IMG/VR virus record: IMGVR_UViG_3300048834_000244
Location: 1-59,310 of that record
Length of the DNA stretch: 59,310 bases
Source of the DNA: a virus
Lineage: Duplodnaviria; Caudoviricetes
Direction: 5' to 3' (one strand)
The notes below the pieces were generated by a model, which saw only the letters and a program-made list of their open reading frames with translations, was not told the origin of the DNA and did no database searches. Positions 16,806 to 27,468 of this stretch are shown here, piece by piece. Position 1 is the stretch's first letter, and each line of letters starts with the position of its first letter. The position numbers and the translations under genes are program-made.

Positions 16806-18384
16806 GCGCACCGACAACACCTTGACGAATGGCAGATAGCTGCGGATTGATCGCCTGCCCGCCGTTGCGAATGATGGCGTCAAGCGCGGCCGTGTTCGAG
16901 TGCGTCAGACCATCCGCAATTGTCTTTGCCCCCATGCCGGCGAGAGACGCCGCGCCGATTGCCGGGTTGACCATCGTGCCGCCAATACCAAGCGCGGCCA
17001 TGAGGCCATTGCCGGATGGCGATAGCTTGCCAAGGAGACGTAGAGCGTTCTGAACAGGCGTTCCCTTGACGATAGCCTGAAGCGCGGCCTTTTCCTCCTT
17101 CGTCCAGCCGCGACCACTTTCCAGAAGACGGCGCGCGTTCTGGCGGATAGCATTGTCCTCATTGCCGCCGGAACCGGTTGAAGCCGCCCGAAGCTTCGCC
17201 TTTTCCACGGCATATTGAAGTCGCTCGGCCTTCGAGAGGCGGGACCACATATCTCGCGCTTTGCTTAGCGCGCTCCACGCCACCTTGGGATCGCCGGTCA
17301 GAACTTCAGAGGCCTGCGGCGATGACACGAGATTGTCGATCGATGAGATGATGTCGCCAATGGCCTTGTTGTTGGATTTGTTGCCCTGAACGTAGCCGTT
17401 GCTCGCGACCTTCCGCAGGCTATCGAGACCGGACAGAGTGACGTTCTTTCCCGCCAGATCGTCTATGCGACGGACAACCGCGGCGGCTCCGGGTTGGAGC
17501 GCCGGATCATAGCCCATATCGACAAGTTTCTTGCCGATATCCATTTTCAGGCGCTCGACGGCTTTTGGCGTGAAGATGACGCCAGCATCATCGGCCTGCT
17601 GGTAGGCGGCCTGCCCTGCCGCACGAAGGTCATCGAGGCCGGGGATGGCGGCTTTTGCGGCCTTCTGCGCACCAATACTACCGAGAGCGCCGGTTATCCC
17701 GCCAACTACGGCGCCGGTTCCCGCACCCGTGACAGCGTTCAAAGCTCGGTCAGACACGCCTCTACCCTCGCCCGCCCCGTATAGCCCGCCATAGATCGCA
17801 CCTTCGCCAGCCGCGCGGCCTGCCATGCTCGTAAGTGTCGGCTTGGCCCCGTTCATCAGGCTCAACCCGCCGGCAGACAGCGGGGCAGTCGCGCCAAGGC
17901 CTCCCGCGACCGCTCCAACCGTAGAGGCGACGGGCGAACGATCCTCACGACGACGCTGAAGTTCCGCCTCAACCTGCATATTGCGATCATAGGCGCGGGG
18001 AACGTCGAAGCCGTCACCCTGCATCCATTCCCTTGCGGCACGGAAGGGCGCGTTGAGGCCGGATACGATCTCGTCACCGAACGGAATAGCCTTGGCGATA
18101 CCGGAGCCGGTGGCGTCTGCAAAGGAACCTGTACCGGTAATCTTCTCCGAAAGATCGGCTTCAGCCTGCGGCGTCCATCCTCCGGGATTTGGACGATCCT
18201 CCTTTGCGGCAGCACCCTCTGTCGGCGGCGCGATAGACGGCTCATCCTGCTCCGACGATGCCTGAGGCATCGCGCCAATCGAGCCGGCGATTTCGTCTAC
18301 CGTGGCCTGCTGCTGATCGGGCGGGAGCGACAGGAAACTGTCGTCCACCTTCACGCGGCGGCCCCCGATGTTGAGCGTTGCCAT
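16762..18384 (-). CDS. Internal virion / DNA ejection protein
   Basis: Ala/Gly-rich helical 540 aa protein in the post-nozzle position of a podovirus. Confidence 0.75.
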   Translation of the reverse strand: MATLNIGGRRVKVDDSFLSLPPDQQQATVDEIAGSIGAMPQASSEQDEPSIAPPTEGAAAKEDRPNPGGWTPQAEADLSEKITGTGSFADATGSGIAKAIPFGDEIVSGLNAPFRAAREWMQGDGFDVPRAYDRNMQVEAELQRRREDRSPVASTVGAVAGGLGATAPLSAGGLSLMNGAKPTLTSMAGRAAGEGAIYGGLYGAGEGRGVSDRALNAVTGAGTGAVVGGITGALGSIGAQKAAKAAIPGLDDLRAAGQAAYQQADDAGVIFTPKAVERLKMDIGKKLVDMGYDPALQPGAAAVVRRIDDLAGKNVTLSGLDSLRKVASNGYVQGNKSNNKAIGDIISSIDNLVSSPQASEVLTGDPKVAWSALSKARDMWSRLSKAERLQYAVEKAKLRAASTGSGGNEDNAIRQNARRLLESGRGWTKEEKAALQAIVKGTPVQNALRLLGKLSPSGNGLMAALGIGGTMVNPAIGAASLAGMGAKTIADGLTHSNTAALDAIIRNGGQAINPQLSAIRQGVVGALTRGGAQQLPMRTN

Positions 18385-19454
18385 CAGGGTTCAATGCTCC
18401 ACTGGACGCCGCCGGAAGTCGTTCCGCCGCCGGGTGCAGTCGTACTGCCCGCTCCTTGCGGACGGTAGTAGTCACCTCCGCGAAGTTGGGCCGCACGCTG
18501 GCGGTTGAACTCAAGCCGGCGCTTGGCAAGTTCCTTGGCTCGCTGGATGATCTGTTTGCGGACGGCTTTCGGCATTGAGGACGATCCCTGAAGGTCAAGC
18601 AGGATTTTCCGCTCGCCCTCTGTCGGGTTGCCGCCGAAAATCGCCTTCAACGAAGTAAGCGCCTGTCCAACAATGGCGTTGTCCATGTCAGTCGTTGCCT
18701 GAGAACTATCCGGGCTCGACACAACGTCAGGCACAAGCACGTCCGGCAGATTGTTGCCGATTGCCGCGCGGGCGCCTGCGAACCACCCCGAATTGGCGTC
18801 GTCCGAGAGCTTTTCGGCCTGATCCAGCGCGACGATAGCATTCTCATTCGCCGCAACCATGTCGTCGGCTTCAAGGATCGCCTTTTTATCCGTTGCAGTG
18901 AGCGGTTGCGCATCCTCGCGCGGCATTTTCCCTGTGAGGATGAAGGACTGGTAACCTGGATCGTCCGGTGTCAGACCGAACTGCGCAGCCGCTTGCGCCC
19001 GTTGCGCATAGTCGCTAGGATCGCCGCCTTGCCGTGATTTGATGTACTCACTCCATGCAGTCTGCACTGGCAGGCCGGCGTCGATCATCGCCGCGTATTC
19101 GGGCGCGTTTTGAGCGAAAAAGTCATAGGTCTGCCCACGCTGCTGCGCCTGCATTTCCATGTCGCGCTGACGTTCCATCATGTCGAGCCGGAGCTTTGCG
19201 GCCTGCGGATTGACGGCCATGACTTTGGCCTGCTCCGGCGAAAGACCGGCCGCGACAAGCGCCTCCTGCATGGCGGCTTGCTCGCCCATGAGCGCGCGCC
19301 GGTCCTGTGCCGCGTTGTAGGCCGGGCCGAAGTTCGCCAGCCAGTTGTTGCGCGGCGAGGAAATCATGCTGGTAAAGATGGCGTCCAGCGTATCCTGCAC
19401 CCCCGGCCGCTGGAAGAAGCCACCAAGTCCGCCAAGTCCTCCTGCCTGAGCCAT
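18384..19454 (-). CDS. Internal virion / DNA ejection protein
   Basis: Gln/Ala-rich helical; FGGNPTEGER motif; position. Confidence 0.75.
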   Translation of the reverse strand: MAQAGGLGGLGGFFQRPGVQDTLDAIFTSMISSPRNNWLANFGPAYNAAQDRRALMGEQAAMQEALVAAGLSPEQAKVMAVNPQAAKLRLDMMERQRDMEMQAQQRGQTYDFFAQNAPEYAAMIDAGLPVQTAWSEYIKSRQGGDPSDYAQRAQAAAQFGLTPDDPGYQSFILTGKMPREDAQPLTATDKKAILEADDMVAANENAIVALDQAEKLSDDANSGWFAGARAAIGNNLPDVLVPDVVSSPDSSQATTDMDNAIVGQALTSLKAIFGGNPTEGERKILLDLQGSSSMPKAVRKQIIQRAKELAKRRLEFNRQRAAQLRGGDYYRPQGAGSTTAPGGGTTSGGVQWSIEP

Positions 19455-19469
19455 ATCCGTCTCTCCTGA

Positions 19470-20399
19470 TTAGAGCGCCGGGGCGCCGAGGCCGCCGGTG
19501 AACAGCTTGCCACCCACGCCGATCAACTGCTGGAACAGGCTTGGACTGTTGTCCGGTGACGTGCCCGTCGTCGTGCTCTCGTACATCTGCGGCACGTACT
19601 GGAACAGCCGCGCCAGCGCATCGAACGGCGCGTTGAGCTGGTCTTGCATGTCGTTCTGCTGGAACGCGCCGGTAGAGAGCAGATCGCTGATGACGGAACG
19701 CCCACGACTGAAATCCGAGTTGAGCAGACTGTCCAGCATGCCAGCGCTGGAAATCATGGTATTCGCGCCCTGCATCGCATTGTTGGCGTTTTGCAGGCTC
19801 GTCTGCTGCTGGCGGTTCGTATTGCCCTCAGCCAGCGCCGTCGCCTTGTCGTAGGCCTGCGCCATCGTGTCGGCCACGAGCCGGGAGCCGGTTTCCTGAA
19901 GGCTGCGATCAAGCTGCGCTTCCTGCAACGCACCTCGCGATCCGCCATAGGCCCCGGCCGCTGCTGCCCGCGCCCCGAGCCCGGCGCGCGCATTCTCCGT
20001 CTGGCGCTGAAGCTCGTTGGTCGCCGGAACGAGCACGTCCTGAACGTAGGGGTTCATGAACTCGCGATAGGCATCCGGCGACAGTTGCGCGGCCGTGGCA
20101 TTGGAGCCCTTGCCGATAAAGTCGCCGACCTGCCCCAGCATGCCGCGTGCGCCGGCTGTCGTATCCGTTCCCGGCCCCCACTGGTTCAGCATGTTGCGAA
20201 CCGAGTCGAAACCCTTCTGCTGGTCCATGTTGAACCCGGCATGGCTGTACTGGCCCGAACGCATGAGGTCCGGCAGGTTCTGCGCCAAAGCCCATCCGAA
20301 CGCCCCCTGCTGGGCATTGGATATCCACGGATCGTAGCTGGTCTTCTGCGTCGTTTCCTGCGTGCCGCCGCCGCCAAAAAGGCTGTCAAACAAGCCCAT
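19470..20399 (-). CDS. Internal virion / DNA pilot protein
   Basis: MGLFDSLFGGGG start; MNPY and AGAYGGSRG motifs. Confidence 0.75.
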   Translation of the reverse strand: MGLFDSLFGGGGTQETTQKTSYDPWISNAQQGAFGWALAQNLPDLMRSGQYSHAGFNMDQQKGFDSVRNMLNQWGPGTDTTAGARGMLGQVGDFIGKGSNATAAQLSPDAYREFMNPYVQDVLVPATNELQRQTENARAGLGARAAAAGAYGGSRGALQEAQLDRSLQETGSRLVADTMAQAYDKATALAEGNTNRQQQTSLQNANNAMQGANTMISSAGMLDSLLNSDFSRGRSVISDLLSTGAFQQNDMQDQLNAPFDALARLFQYVPQMYESTTTGTSPDNSPSLFQQLIGVGGKLFTGGLGAPAL

Positions 20400-20469
20400 C
20401 GCCTTGTTCCTTCCAAATCCGAATATGTCGGCTGTTCAATTCCGCGATGCGTCGCGCAATTTCGCTGGA

Positions 20470-22659
20470 TTACCGCAGCGCCCCGGTCTTCTGGATTTCC
20501 GCCCGAAGCGCCGAGAGCACCCAGAATGACGGCGCTTGCGACGAGTAGATTTTCAGCTTTGCCTGCCGCGCCATGATCCGGAACGGGATGCGCTGCTTGG
20601 TGGGCTGCGACGTATAGGGGCCGAAGGTGAGTTCCGAGCCGTTCGGAAAGGGCTTCGTCATCACCTGAAAGAACACGTTGCCCTGCTGCCCGTGGAAGTC
20701 GGGGACCAGCGCCAAGACCGCCAGCAGGTTATTGCCATCCTCGATGTCGAAATACGAGGTCATCAGATAGGCGGCGAGAGCACCGCCGTTCGCCGAATTG
20801 CCCCGCTCGTGGTAGAAAATCTCCCCTGAGGAAGACACCAGAATAGGGCTGGGGAAGATACCTCCCGAGACGCCGGCCGTCCGGTCGAACATATGCGTGA
20901 CGAAGTGATCTTCCAGCCAGTTGTAGACGACGACGCGTGAGCACTCGTTCCCGTCGCGCTGGTCCGGATAGTGCCACCACGCTTCGTTGAAGTCGGTATT
21001 GATCCAGCAATAGACCTTTTCTGACTGGTTCGCGGCGATGTTGCTCACGCAATCCCGGCGCACCCGGCAGGAGATGATGACCTGCGGGATAGCCCCCTGA
21101 AACGTGTAGAAGTTGCCCGAATTGGACAGCCAGAACACCTGTCCGTTGATTTCAGCCGCCGCATTGGTGCCGGCGAGGCCGCACCCTGTACCGAGCATCC
21201 GGTATGAATAGGACTCTCCGTTGAACTGCTGGGAAAAGACGGCATTGTCCGTCCAGATAAGCGTCTGCTGCCGCGTGGCGAGGCCTTTGACGATCCTGCC
21301 GCCCGCTCCGAGCGCGAACTCGTCAGCAAGGTTGGAGCCGTCCGGAACCCAGACGCGATAGTTCTCCTGAGCCGAGTTCCGAACCAACGTCGGGTTGTAA
21401 TCGCCGTCCGCCTCGTAGGTCCCGCCGATGCAGACGATGCGGGCGGAAGGGTCCACCCAGCACACGTCGATGAGGCGCGGCGCCTGATCGATGAAATATG
21501 CCTTGCTCTCCAGCTTCAGCGACACGTTGTCGATCTGGCCGGCGAACGAACCGTCCTTCTCGAATACGATGTCGCTCGGCTTGTCGGGCATCACAAAGAG
21601 CCGGGAATAGGTCCCGGTCTTGTTGATCGGCTTCGAGGCGCTGTCCCCGGCAGAATTGATGCCCACGTCGATAACGGTCGGCGTCTCGCCGGCATTGATG
21701 CGGAACTTCACCGTACCGGCCGAGCGCGTCACGTCGAAGGTGATGCGGTAGACCTGCCCTGCCCTGACAAGGCCCGTGATGTTCTGGTTCAGGTTCGACT
21801 GGACGCCTGCCGTAGCCGTGGCGTGGCCCGAACCGATGGACCATCCTGTGCCTGTCGCCCACCCTGTCGCCGAGGCGAAGTCGCCGTTGAGCAGGATTTC
21901 CAGATAGGCCGTAGCAGGCTGCCATGCGTAGAGCGGGCCGCCTCTACGACACGCAATCAGCGTCTCGCCGAAGTTGCCGAAGGTCCAGACGGAGGCAAGA
22001 AACTGGTTTGACGACGGTAGGCCATAGGTGCCGGCGCTATACACGCCAGTGCCGTAGCCGAGCCCTCCCGTACCGTCCGTCAGCCCTCCCGCGAACGTCC
22101 CGACGAAATCGACATAGCCGCCGACCGTCGTCTGGTTCGATGACGCATTGGAGCCATGTTCGATGGTGTAGGTATCGCGGGTCGGAGTGGTCTTGACCTC
22201 GTATTCCCCGTCGACGGTAATCCCGCCGCCCGCATCGGCATGGCTGAAGGTGACGAAATCACCCGGACGAAACCCATGCTCCGGATGATGCACCGTCACG
22301 ACATCGGAGCCATTCGTTGTGTCGAACGGATCGAACAACACCCCTTCGGAATGGTTTGGCGTAACGTCGATCAGATCGCCGCCCGTCAGCGCCCAAAGCT
22401 TGTTGGGGGTACCAATTGCAAGTTGATTCAGGCCGTTGAGGTCCGTCCAGTTGTGCGTGCCGCGAGCCGGGCCATCCACCGCACCCGCCCCGTTCTCGCC
22501 TCCGACGCCGACCGCCTTTTCCCATCCGAGGATCGTCTGCCACGAGCCCTGACTGTTGCGCATCTTGTCGCTATCGATGATCGCGCCTTCCGCGTTGAGC
22601 GGGCTGTCATCCTTGATGACGTTCGGCGCGAAGTGGATTTTGGTGAGGATCGCGGCCAC
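20470..22659 (-). CDS. Tail nozzle / DNA stabilization protein
   Basis: 729 aa beta-rich protein; GCGLAG and WWHYP motifs; position after adaptor and fibre. Confidence 0.75.
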   Translation of the reverse strand: MAAILTKIHFAPNVIKDDSPLNAEGAIIDSDKMRNSQGSWQTILGWEKAVGVGGENGAGAVDGPARGTHNWTDLNGLNQLAIGTPNKLWALTGGDLIDVTPNHSEGVLFDPFDTTNGSDVVTVHHPEHGFRPGDFVTFSHADAGGGITVDGEYEVKTTPTRDTYTIEHGSNASSNQTTVGGYVDFVGTFAGGLTDGTGGLGYGTGVYSAGTYGLPSSNQFLASVWTFGNFGETLIACRRGGPLYAWQPATAYLEILLNGDFASATGWATGTGWSIGSGHATATAGVQSNLNQNITGLVRAGQVYRITFDVTRSAGTVKFRINAGETPTVIDVGINSAGDSASKPINKTGTYSRLFVMPDKPSDIVFEKDGSFAGQIDNVSLKLESKAYFIDQAPRLIDVCWVDPSARIVCIGGTYEADGDYNPTLVRNSAQENYRVWVPDGSNLADEFALGAGGRIVKGLATRQQTLIWTDNAVFSQQFNGESYSYRMLGTGCGLAGTNAAAEINGQVFWLSNSGNFYTFQGAIPQVIISCRVRRDCVSNIAANQSEKVYCWINTDFNEAWWHYPDQRDGNECSRVVVYNWLEDHFVTHMFDRTAGVSGGIFPSPILVSSSGEIFYHERGNSANGGALAAYLMTSYFDIEDGNNLLAVLALVPDFHGQQGNVFFQVMTKPFPNGSELTFGPYTSQPTKQRIPFRIMARQAKLKIYSSQAPSFWVLSALRAEIQKTGALR

Positions 22660-23958
22660 TTAAGCAGGGCTCCACGGGTTCTTGGCCCCGAACACGCCGC
22701 CCCACGGGCTTTGCCCGGTCTGCGCGCCACCAAGCCCGCCGAGACCCCCGACACGCCCATAGGAACCCATCGTGCCGCCGCCCGAGGGGCCGCCATAGCC
22801 GGGAGAAAGCAGCGACGACACGTCAAGCTGTTGCGAAGGTGTCGACCATGGATAGGGACCATGCTGCGACGTGGTGAACACGTTCTGCGGAGCCTCGCGG
22901 CCGGTGATCTGTCCGAAGAACTGGTTGGAATAATCGTCGTTCAGCAGTCCGCCGAAGAGACCGTTGCCGAGAAGCGAGGAATATCCCTGCTGGTTGCGAA
23001 GCTGGTTCTCGTTCCGCCCTGCCATGTTCGACGCGAAGTCGGCGTTCATGGCCTTTATGGGCTGAAGGTCCCTTGCGTAGTCCTCATACGCCTTCCACCA
23101 TGATTCACGCTGAAGCTGGCTCTGGTAGTCTGGCGAATCCTTGTAAGCGACTGACGTGCCGTCCGGGTTGTAAGTAACCCCGCCATCAGCGTCCCGAATG
23201 ATATAGCTGCCGCCCCACAGATCGGGGTTGCCCCTCCGGGTGTTGGTGTTCCCGATGAATGTGCCGCTTCCCCAGCCGCCGCTGCTCCACATGGCAGGGT
23301 CCTGGTTGACGTCCATATCCCAATTGAGGCTTGCCCAATCCTTCGCGCCATTGTTCCGCGCGAACTCGTCCAGCGCGCCTTGACCCAAGCCGAGGCCCAT
23401 AGCCTCCTCGTAGAGGCGGTCCTTGCCGAAGCCATATCCGAGAGACCCGACAGTCTTGCCGCTAGCATCGCGCAAAACCAGCCCGTTGGCATTCATTCCG
23501 GTCGGGAAGAGCCCTCCACCACTCCCATTGTCGTACACCTTGTACGACGGGAGGATTGAACCCGCCTGCTCCGGCTCGGACCATTTCCACTGGAACTCCG
23601 GCGCGACGCGGTTCGGATCGTTGAGGCTGCGCTGGATGCTGACAAGGTCCTGCTGGCCCCATCCGCCTTCCGGCGCGTAATTGTTCCAGTCCTGATAGCG
23701 GCGGATGTCGATCGCCTGCTGCGCCGTCGCGCCGGTCTGGTTCATGATCTCGGCGACGGAAGGCGCATTCCGATAGCGCTGCGCATACTCGTCATAGCCG
23801 GACGCCTGCCGCGCAGCCTTCATCTTGGCCTGTGCCGCCGCTCGTGCCTTCTCTTCCGCAGCACGACGCATCGCCTCGTATTCCGCATTCGTGCGGATAA
23901 CCTGGCTGTCCTGCCGAACAGGCGCGAACGAAGGCGCGCCCATGGTGTTGATCGCCAT
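22660..23958 (-). CDS. Hypothetical virion-associated protein
   Basis: 432 aa; AAGGA RBS; coupled to the nozzle gene. Confidence 0.75.
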   Translation of the reverse strand: MAINTMGAPSFAPVRQDSQVIRTNAEYEAMRRAAEEKARAAAQAKMKAARQASGYDEYAQRYRNAPSVAEIMNQTGATAQQAIDIRRYQDWNNYAPEGGWGQQDLVSIQRSLNDPNRVAPEFQWKWSEPEQAGSILPSYKVYDNGSGGGLFPTGMNANGLVLRDASGKTVGSLGYGFGKDRLYEEAMGLGLGQGALDEFARNNGAKDWASLNWDMDVNQDPAMWSSGGWGSGTFIGNTNTRRGNPDLWGGSYIIRDADGGVTYNPDGTSVAYKDSPDYQSQLQRESWWKAYEDYARDLQPIKAMNADFASNMAGRNENQLRNQQGYSSLLGNGLFGGLLNDDYSNQFFGQITGREAPQNVFTTSQHGPYPWSTPSQQLDVSSLLSPGYGGPSGGGTMGSYGRVGGLGGLGGAQTGQSPWGGVFGAKNPWSPA

Positions 23959-23985
23959 GAGAGACAGTCCTTTGGAGAAGGCCGG

Positions 23986-24420
23986 CTAGTTTGAAGAGCG
24001 AAGGTCTTTCGCCAGAAGCCAAGCGTCGATTAGGTCTTGCGTTGGCAACTGGATCGCCGCGCGAAGCTGTTCAACGAGCGGATCGCCATAGTGGTACGAT
24101 ATCGCCTTCTCGTAACGGGCGAGCGCGGCGGCCTTCATCATCGGATCCGGGATGGCCCCTATCACCTGCCGGATTGCCGGATCAATGCCGAGATAGTTTA
24201 CCATCGCCGTGAACTGCCACGGGAGAAGGTCATAGTCGGCGGGGTCTGTCGAAGGTTCCGGCAGAGACGGCGGGCTAAACGAACCGTCGCTATATACCCA
24301 ACCGATTGAGACGCCGATGTCATCCGGTATCGGCACCAGAATGCGTCCTTCAACCTCAAACCCTTGATCGGCCAGAATGATGTTCTCTACCGAAGTCCCA
24401 TTGACAATAGCCTGTCGCAT
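23986..24420 (-). CDS. Tail fibre assembly-like protein
   Basis: Follows the fibre gene; VSIGWVYSDGSFSPP motif. Confidence 0.7.
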   Translation of the reverse strand: MRQAIVNGTSVENIILADQGFEVEGRILVPIPDDIGVSIGWVYSDGSFSPPSLPEPSTDPADYDLLPWQFTAMVNYLGIDPAIRQVIGAIPDPMMKAAALARYEKAISYHYGDPLVEQLRAAIQLPTQDLIDAWLLAKDLRSSN

Positions 24421-24425
24421 AGCGC

Positions 24426-26225
24426 TCACCATGCCCACACGCGGACCCGACCTGCACCGCCAGCGCCGCTGGTTTGGGCGCCTGCACCGCCTTCGCATCC
24501 ACCACCGCCGCCGCCGGGCTGAGAACCCGCCACTCCGCTATTGCCGTTGCCCGTCACGCCAGCGCCACCAGCCCCGGCGTCAACGCTGGCTCCGCCGGTC
24601 GTTGCGCCGCCGCCACCTCCACCACCCTTGATGCTATTCCCGCCGGTATTTCCACGATAATTGCCTGACGCATCTGCGTAGGCAGAAACACCGGCGGTTG
24701 AACCGCCAGCGCTACCTGCACCGCCAGCGCCGGACGAAGTTGTTCCGACGCCGCCATTCCCCCCTTTTGCGGTTGCGTAAGAGCCAAAAGTGCTGTCGCC
24801 ACCATCGCCACCATTGGAAACGTTCGTAGCAGCAGACGCAGCCCCGCCCGCTCCCACCGTCACAGTGACCGACGAGCTTGCATCGGAAGCGCGCATCAAG
24901 CGGGAATTGAAGCCGCCGCCGCCGCCGCCATTGCCAAAAACAGAAGCGCTGCCGCGCGACCCGCCGCCGCCGCCGCCGACCAGCTCAACATATATCCAGC
25001 CAATGCCGGTCGGCTTGTTCCAAGTCCCGGAGGATAAGAATTCCTGATACTGACGCTTTACCGAATAGTCCCCATCGGCCAATTTCTTTGGCGTTACTGC
25101 CCGCGTGTCGTCAGTGCCTGTGTTCGTCTCGGCCTGCGTTGCAATCTCGATAACGCCCGCCGTGCTCTCCGATGCCGCATTGATCCCCGTCACCGTCTGC
25201 CAGACAGTATTCGTCGCATCACGGACCTTGAGCACGTTGCCTGACGTGTCGAACCACACCATGCCAGCAACGGGAGAACCCGGCTCGGAAGCGGATGTGA
25301 CCCAGATGTCATCAAACGCCTCTTTCGACGCTGCGGCGTCCTCCGCATAGCCCCGAGCGCCTTTGAACCCGCCGCTGACAACAGAGGTCGAAGTCGCCCA
25401 TGTGGAAGCCCCGACCTCGGAATTGTAGGCATTCGTGGCCGACGTTGCGGCGTTGCCGGCTGACGTGGACGCGGCAGATGCGGAACCAGAGGCATCGTTC
25501 GCGTAGCCGCGCGCGCCCTTCAGCCCGCCGTCGACCGCGCTGGTGGAAGTCGCCCACTCCTTCGCGGAACCGGCGGCGGGATCGCCGTCGCCTGTTCCAC
25601 CGACTGCCCATGACTTTGCGGAGTTCTCAGAGCCCTCAACGAAGCCGTTGGTTTTCTTAGCCCAATCTTCCGCAAGCTGGACGTCAGCGTCGGTTAGCGC
25701 CTCAACCTGAGCCTTGTTGACGGCATCGGCGGGGTCAGTAGCGTCGGCAACGTTCGTAAGGCGCTGGCTGTTCATGCTCACCGCGCCGTTCGGCGCGGCA
25801 AGTTCATTCAGGCGGGCTCGGAACGCGTAGCAATTGGTCCCGTTGGAAAAGACGATCGCATCAGCCCCGGCCGGAACGGATGCAGTCGAGCCGCCGCTAG
25901 GCGCGAGCGTAATGGCCTGAGATGCCGAGTTTCGGATGAAATACCATTTCTCGACACTCGGAATGGTGATCGCGGTGCCGGAGGCGTGAGCATTGGAAAA
26001 GATGAGGATGCGCTGGCGGCTCGTATCGCTCTCGCCGTTCTTGGTGTAGGTCGCGGACGACAGGTCGAAGGTAGCACCGCCGCCGAGATTGACGCTCTCC
26101 ACGCCGTCCAGCGCCTCGTCAAACAGGTCCGTCGTGCGCTGGTTTAAATTCTGTCCCCAGACATTTAAACCCTCCCCGGTCGCCTGCTTTTCGGCGCGGA
26201 TGCGCGACGTATAGGTGCTCGGCAT
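24426..26225 (-). CDS. Tail fibre protein with glycine-rich C-terminal domain
   Basis: DAVNKAQ motif, WATSTS..GG.KGARGYA repeats, SSGTWNKP..GGGGGG domain. Confidence 0.82.
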   Translation of the reverse strand: MPSTYTSRIRAEKQATGEGLNVWGQNLNQRTTDLFDEALDGVESVNLGGGATFDLSSATYTKNGESDTSRQRILIFSNAHASGTAITIPSVEKWYFIRNSASQAITLAPSGGSTASVPAGADAIVFSNGTNCYAFRARLNELAAPNGAVSMNSQRLTNVADATDPADAVNKAQVEALTDADVQLAEDWAKKTNGFVEGSENSAKSWAVGGTGDGDPAAGSAKEWATSTSAVDGGLKGARGYANDASGSASAASTSAGNAATSATNAYNSEVGASTWATSTSVVSGGFKGARGYAEDAAASKEAFDDIWVTSASEPGSPVAGMVWFDTSGNVLKVRDATNTVWQTVTGINAASESTAGVIEIATQAETNTGTDDTRAVTPKKLADGDYSVKRQYQEFLSSGTWNKPTGIGWIYVELVGGGGGGSRGSASVFGNGGGGGGFNSRLMRASDASSSVTVTVGAGGAASAATNVSNGGDGGDSTFGSYATAKGGNGGVGTTSSGAGGAGSAGGSTAGVSAYADASGNYRGNTGGNSIKGGGGGGGATTGGASVDAGAGGAGVTGNGNSGVAGSQPGGGGGGCEGGAGAQTSGAGGAGRVRVWAW

Positions 26226-26232
26226 CGTTACC

Positions 26233-26514
26233 TCACGCCGTCGTGTTGTCTTCGATAAGGCCTATGCCGGCCAGTTCGGTGAGAAGGTCTTGCAGCGCCG
26301 CGCCGGTAAACCGGCTTCCCGTGACGGACGGGGCATTAGCGCCAATCCGCGCATCAAGACGCGCCTTCAGGCTGACGTTTTCCGCCTCCAGCGCGGCGAT
26401 ACGCCTGCGCAGGACTGCGGTCACGAGGTTCACCTGATTGACGACATCGCGCAGTACATGAGCGACGTCCGGCCCGCCATCGGCGATGACGCGATCAAGA
26501 TCGGAGGAGGCCAT
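26233..26514 (-). CDS. Small coiled-coil virion protein
   Basis: TAATG-coupled; LTELAGIGLIEDNTT terminus. Confidence 0.65.
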   Translation of the reverse strand: MASSDLDRVIADGGPDVAHVLRDVVNQVNLVTAVLRRRIAALEAENVSLKARLDARIGANAPSVTGSRFTGAALQDLLTELAGIGLIEDNTTA

Positions 26515-27122
26515 TACGGGGTCGGGCCTTTGACGCGCACGGATGCCCGCGCCCATTTGGAGCGAAGGTCCTCATCGAGCAGGCCGCGCTTCAGATTGTC
26601 GTAGAGTGCGCCCCATACCGGTATCCGCCCGTCGTCCATCATGAACGCTGCGGCCTCAATGAGCGAGCCATAGAGATAGAGGCCGGGGCATTTCGTCAGA
26701 AGCCAGTTCGTGCTCGCCGTCGCCAAATCCGGGATCGCCTCATAGTAGCGAAGCACAAGGTTTGATGACGAGGCGGGCCACGTCTTGATATCGGAACCCA
26801 TGACAGCAAAATACTTGGCAGTCCCCGCCGACGCGGATGCGAACTGTTCGTCCGCGAAACTTGGGTCGGCCGCCGCCAACACCCGTCCGCCGGCATCCTT
26901 CACCTCAATGAACTCAAGGTAGCCTGCCGGCAGAGGCCCCGAGCCGCTCGTAATCGTGACGGTTGCCTGATCTTCCATGTCGCGGCAACGCAATTCCCGG
27001 TTGAGGCGGGAGTGGGCCAGAGCAATCAGGTCCGGAACCGCAGCCGCAAAGCCCGTATCGCCGTCACGCATCGCGTGAGTGATGATCGCGGCCTGGAGTT
27101 CGGTGTAGTTGGACAGCGCCAT
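26514..27122 (-). CDS. Head-tail adaptor (tail tubular protein A-like)
   Basis: MALSNYTELQAAI and TNWLLTKCPGLYLYGSL motifs. Confidence 0.8.
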   Translation of the reverse strand: MALSNYTELQAAIITHAMRDGDTGFAAAVPDLIALAHSRLNRELRCRDMEDQATVTITSGSGPLPAGYLEFIEVKDAGGRVLAAADPSFADEQFASASAGTAKYFAVMGSDIKTWPASSSNLVLRYYEAIPDLATASTNWLLTKCPGLYLYGSLIEAAAFMMDDGRIPVWGALYDNLKRGLLDEDLRSKWARASVRVKGPTP

Positions 27123-27466
27123 CAGAGATTGCCCCGGAACGTGCGCAACTTCTGATTGTCGGAATCATTCAGAAAGCGATTGATCCAGCCTTCGTCACGA
27201 TCCCCAACAGCCTTGGCGAAGTCGCCGTGATAGTAGATGCCGTTCGGGATCGACGCGACGACGCGACCGTCACCCCATCGCTGCCCATAGGACGCGTTGT
27301 AGCGCTCACGGTTCGCCTCGATGACCGGATCGACGCGATAAACGTGGCACACATGCGTCACGCCATTGTCGTCGGTATAGACCCACGCGCGGACATCGAA
27401 CCGGCACGGGTCGGAGACGAGCTTGCCCTTGCCCTCGAAAGGGTCGGCGAGGAAATCCTCGTCCAT
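27122..27466 (-). CDS. Conserved hypothetical morphogenesis protein
   Basis: VASIP and FLNDSDNQKLRT motifs typical of genes following SU10-like capsids. Confidence 0.75.
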   Translation of the reverse strand: MDEDFLADPFEGKGKLVSDPCRFDVRAWVYTDDNGVTHVCHVYRVDPVIEANRERYNASYGQRWGDGRVVASIPNGIYYHGDFAKAVGDRDEGWINRFLNDSDNQKLRTFRGNL

Positions 27467-27468
27467 GG

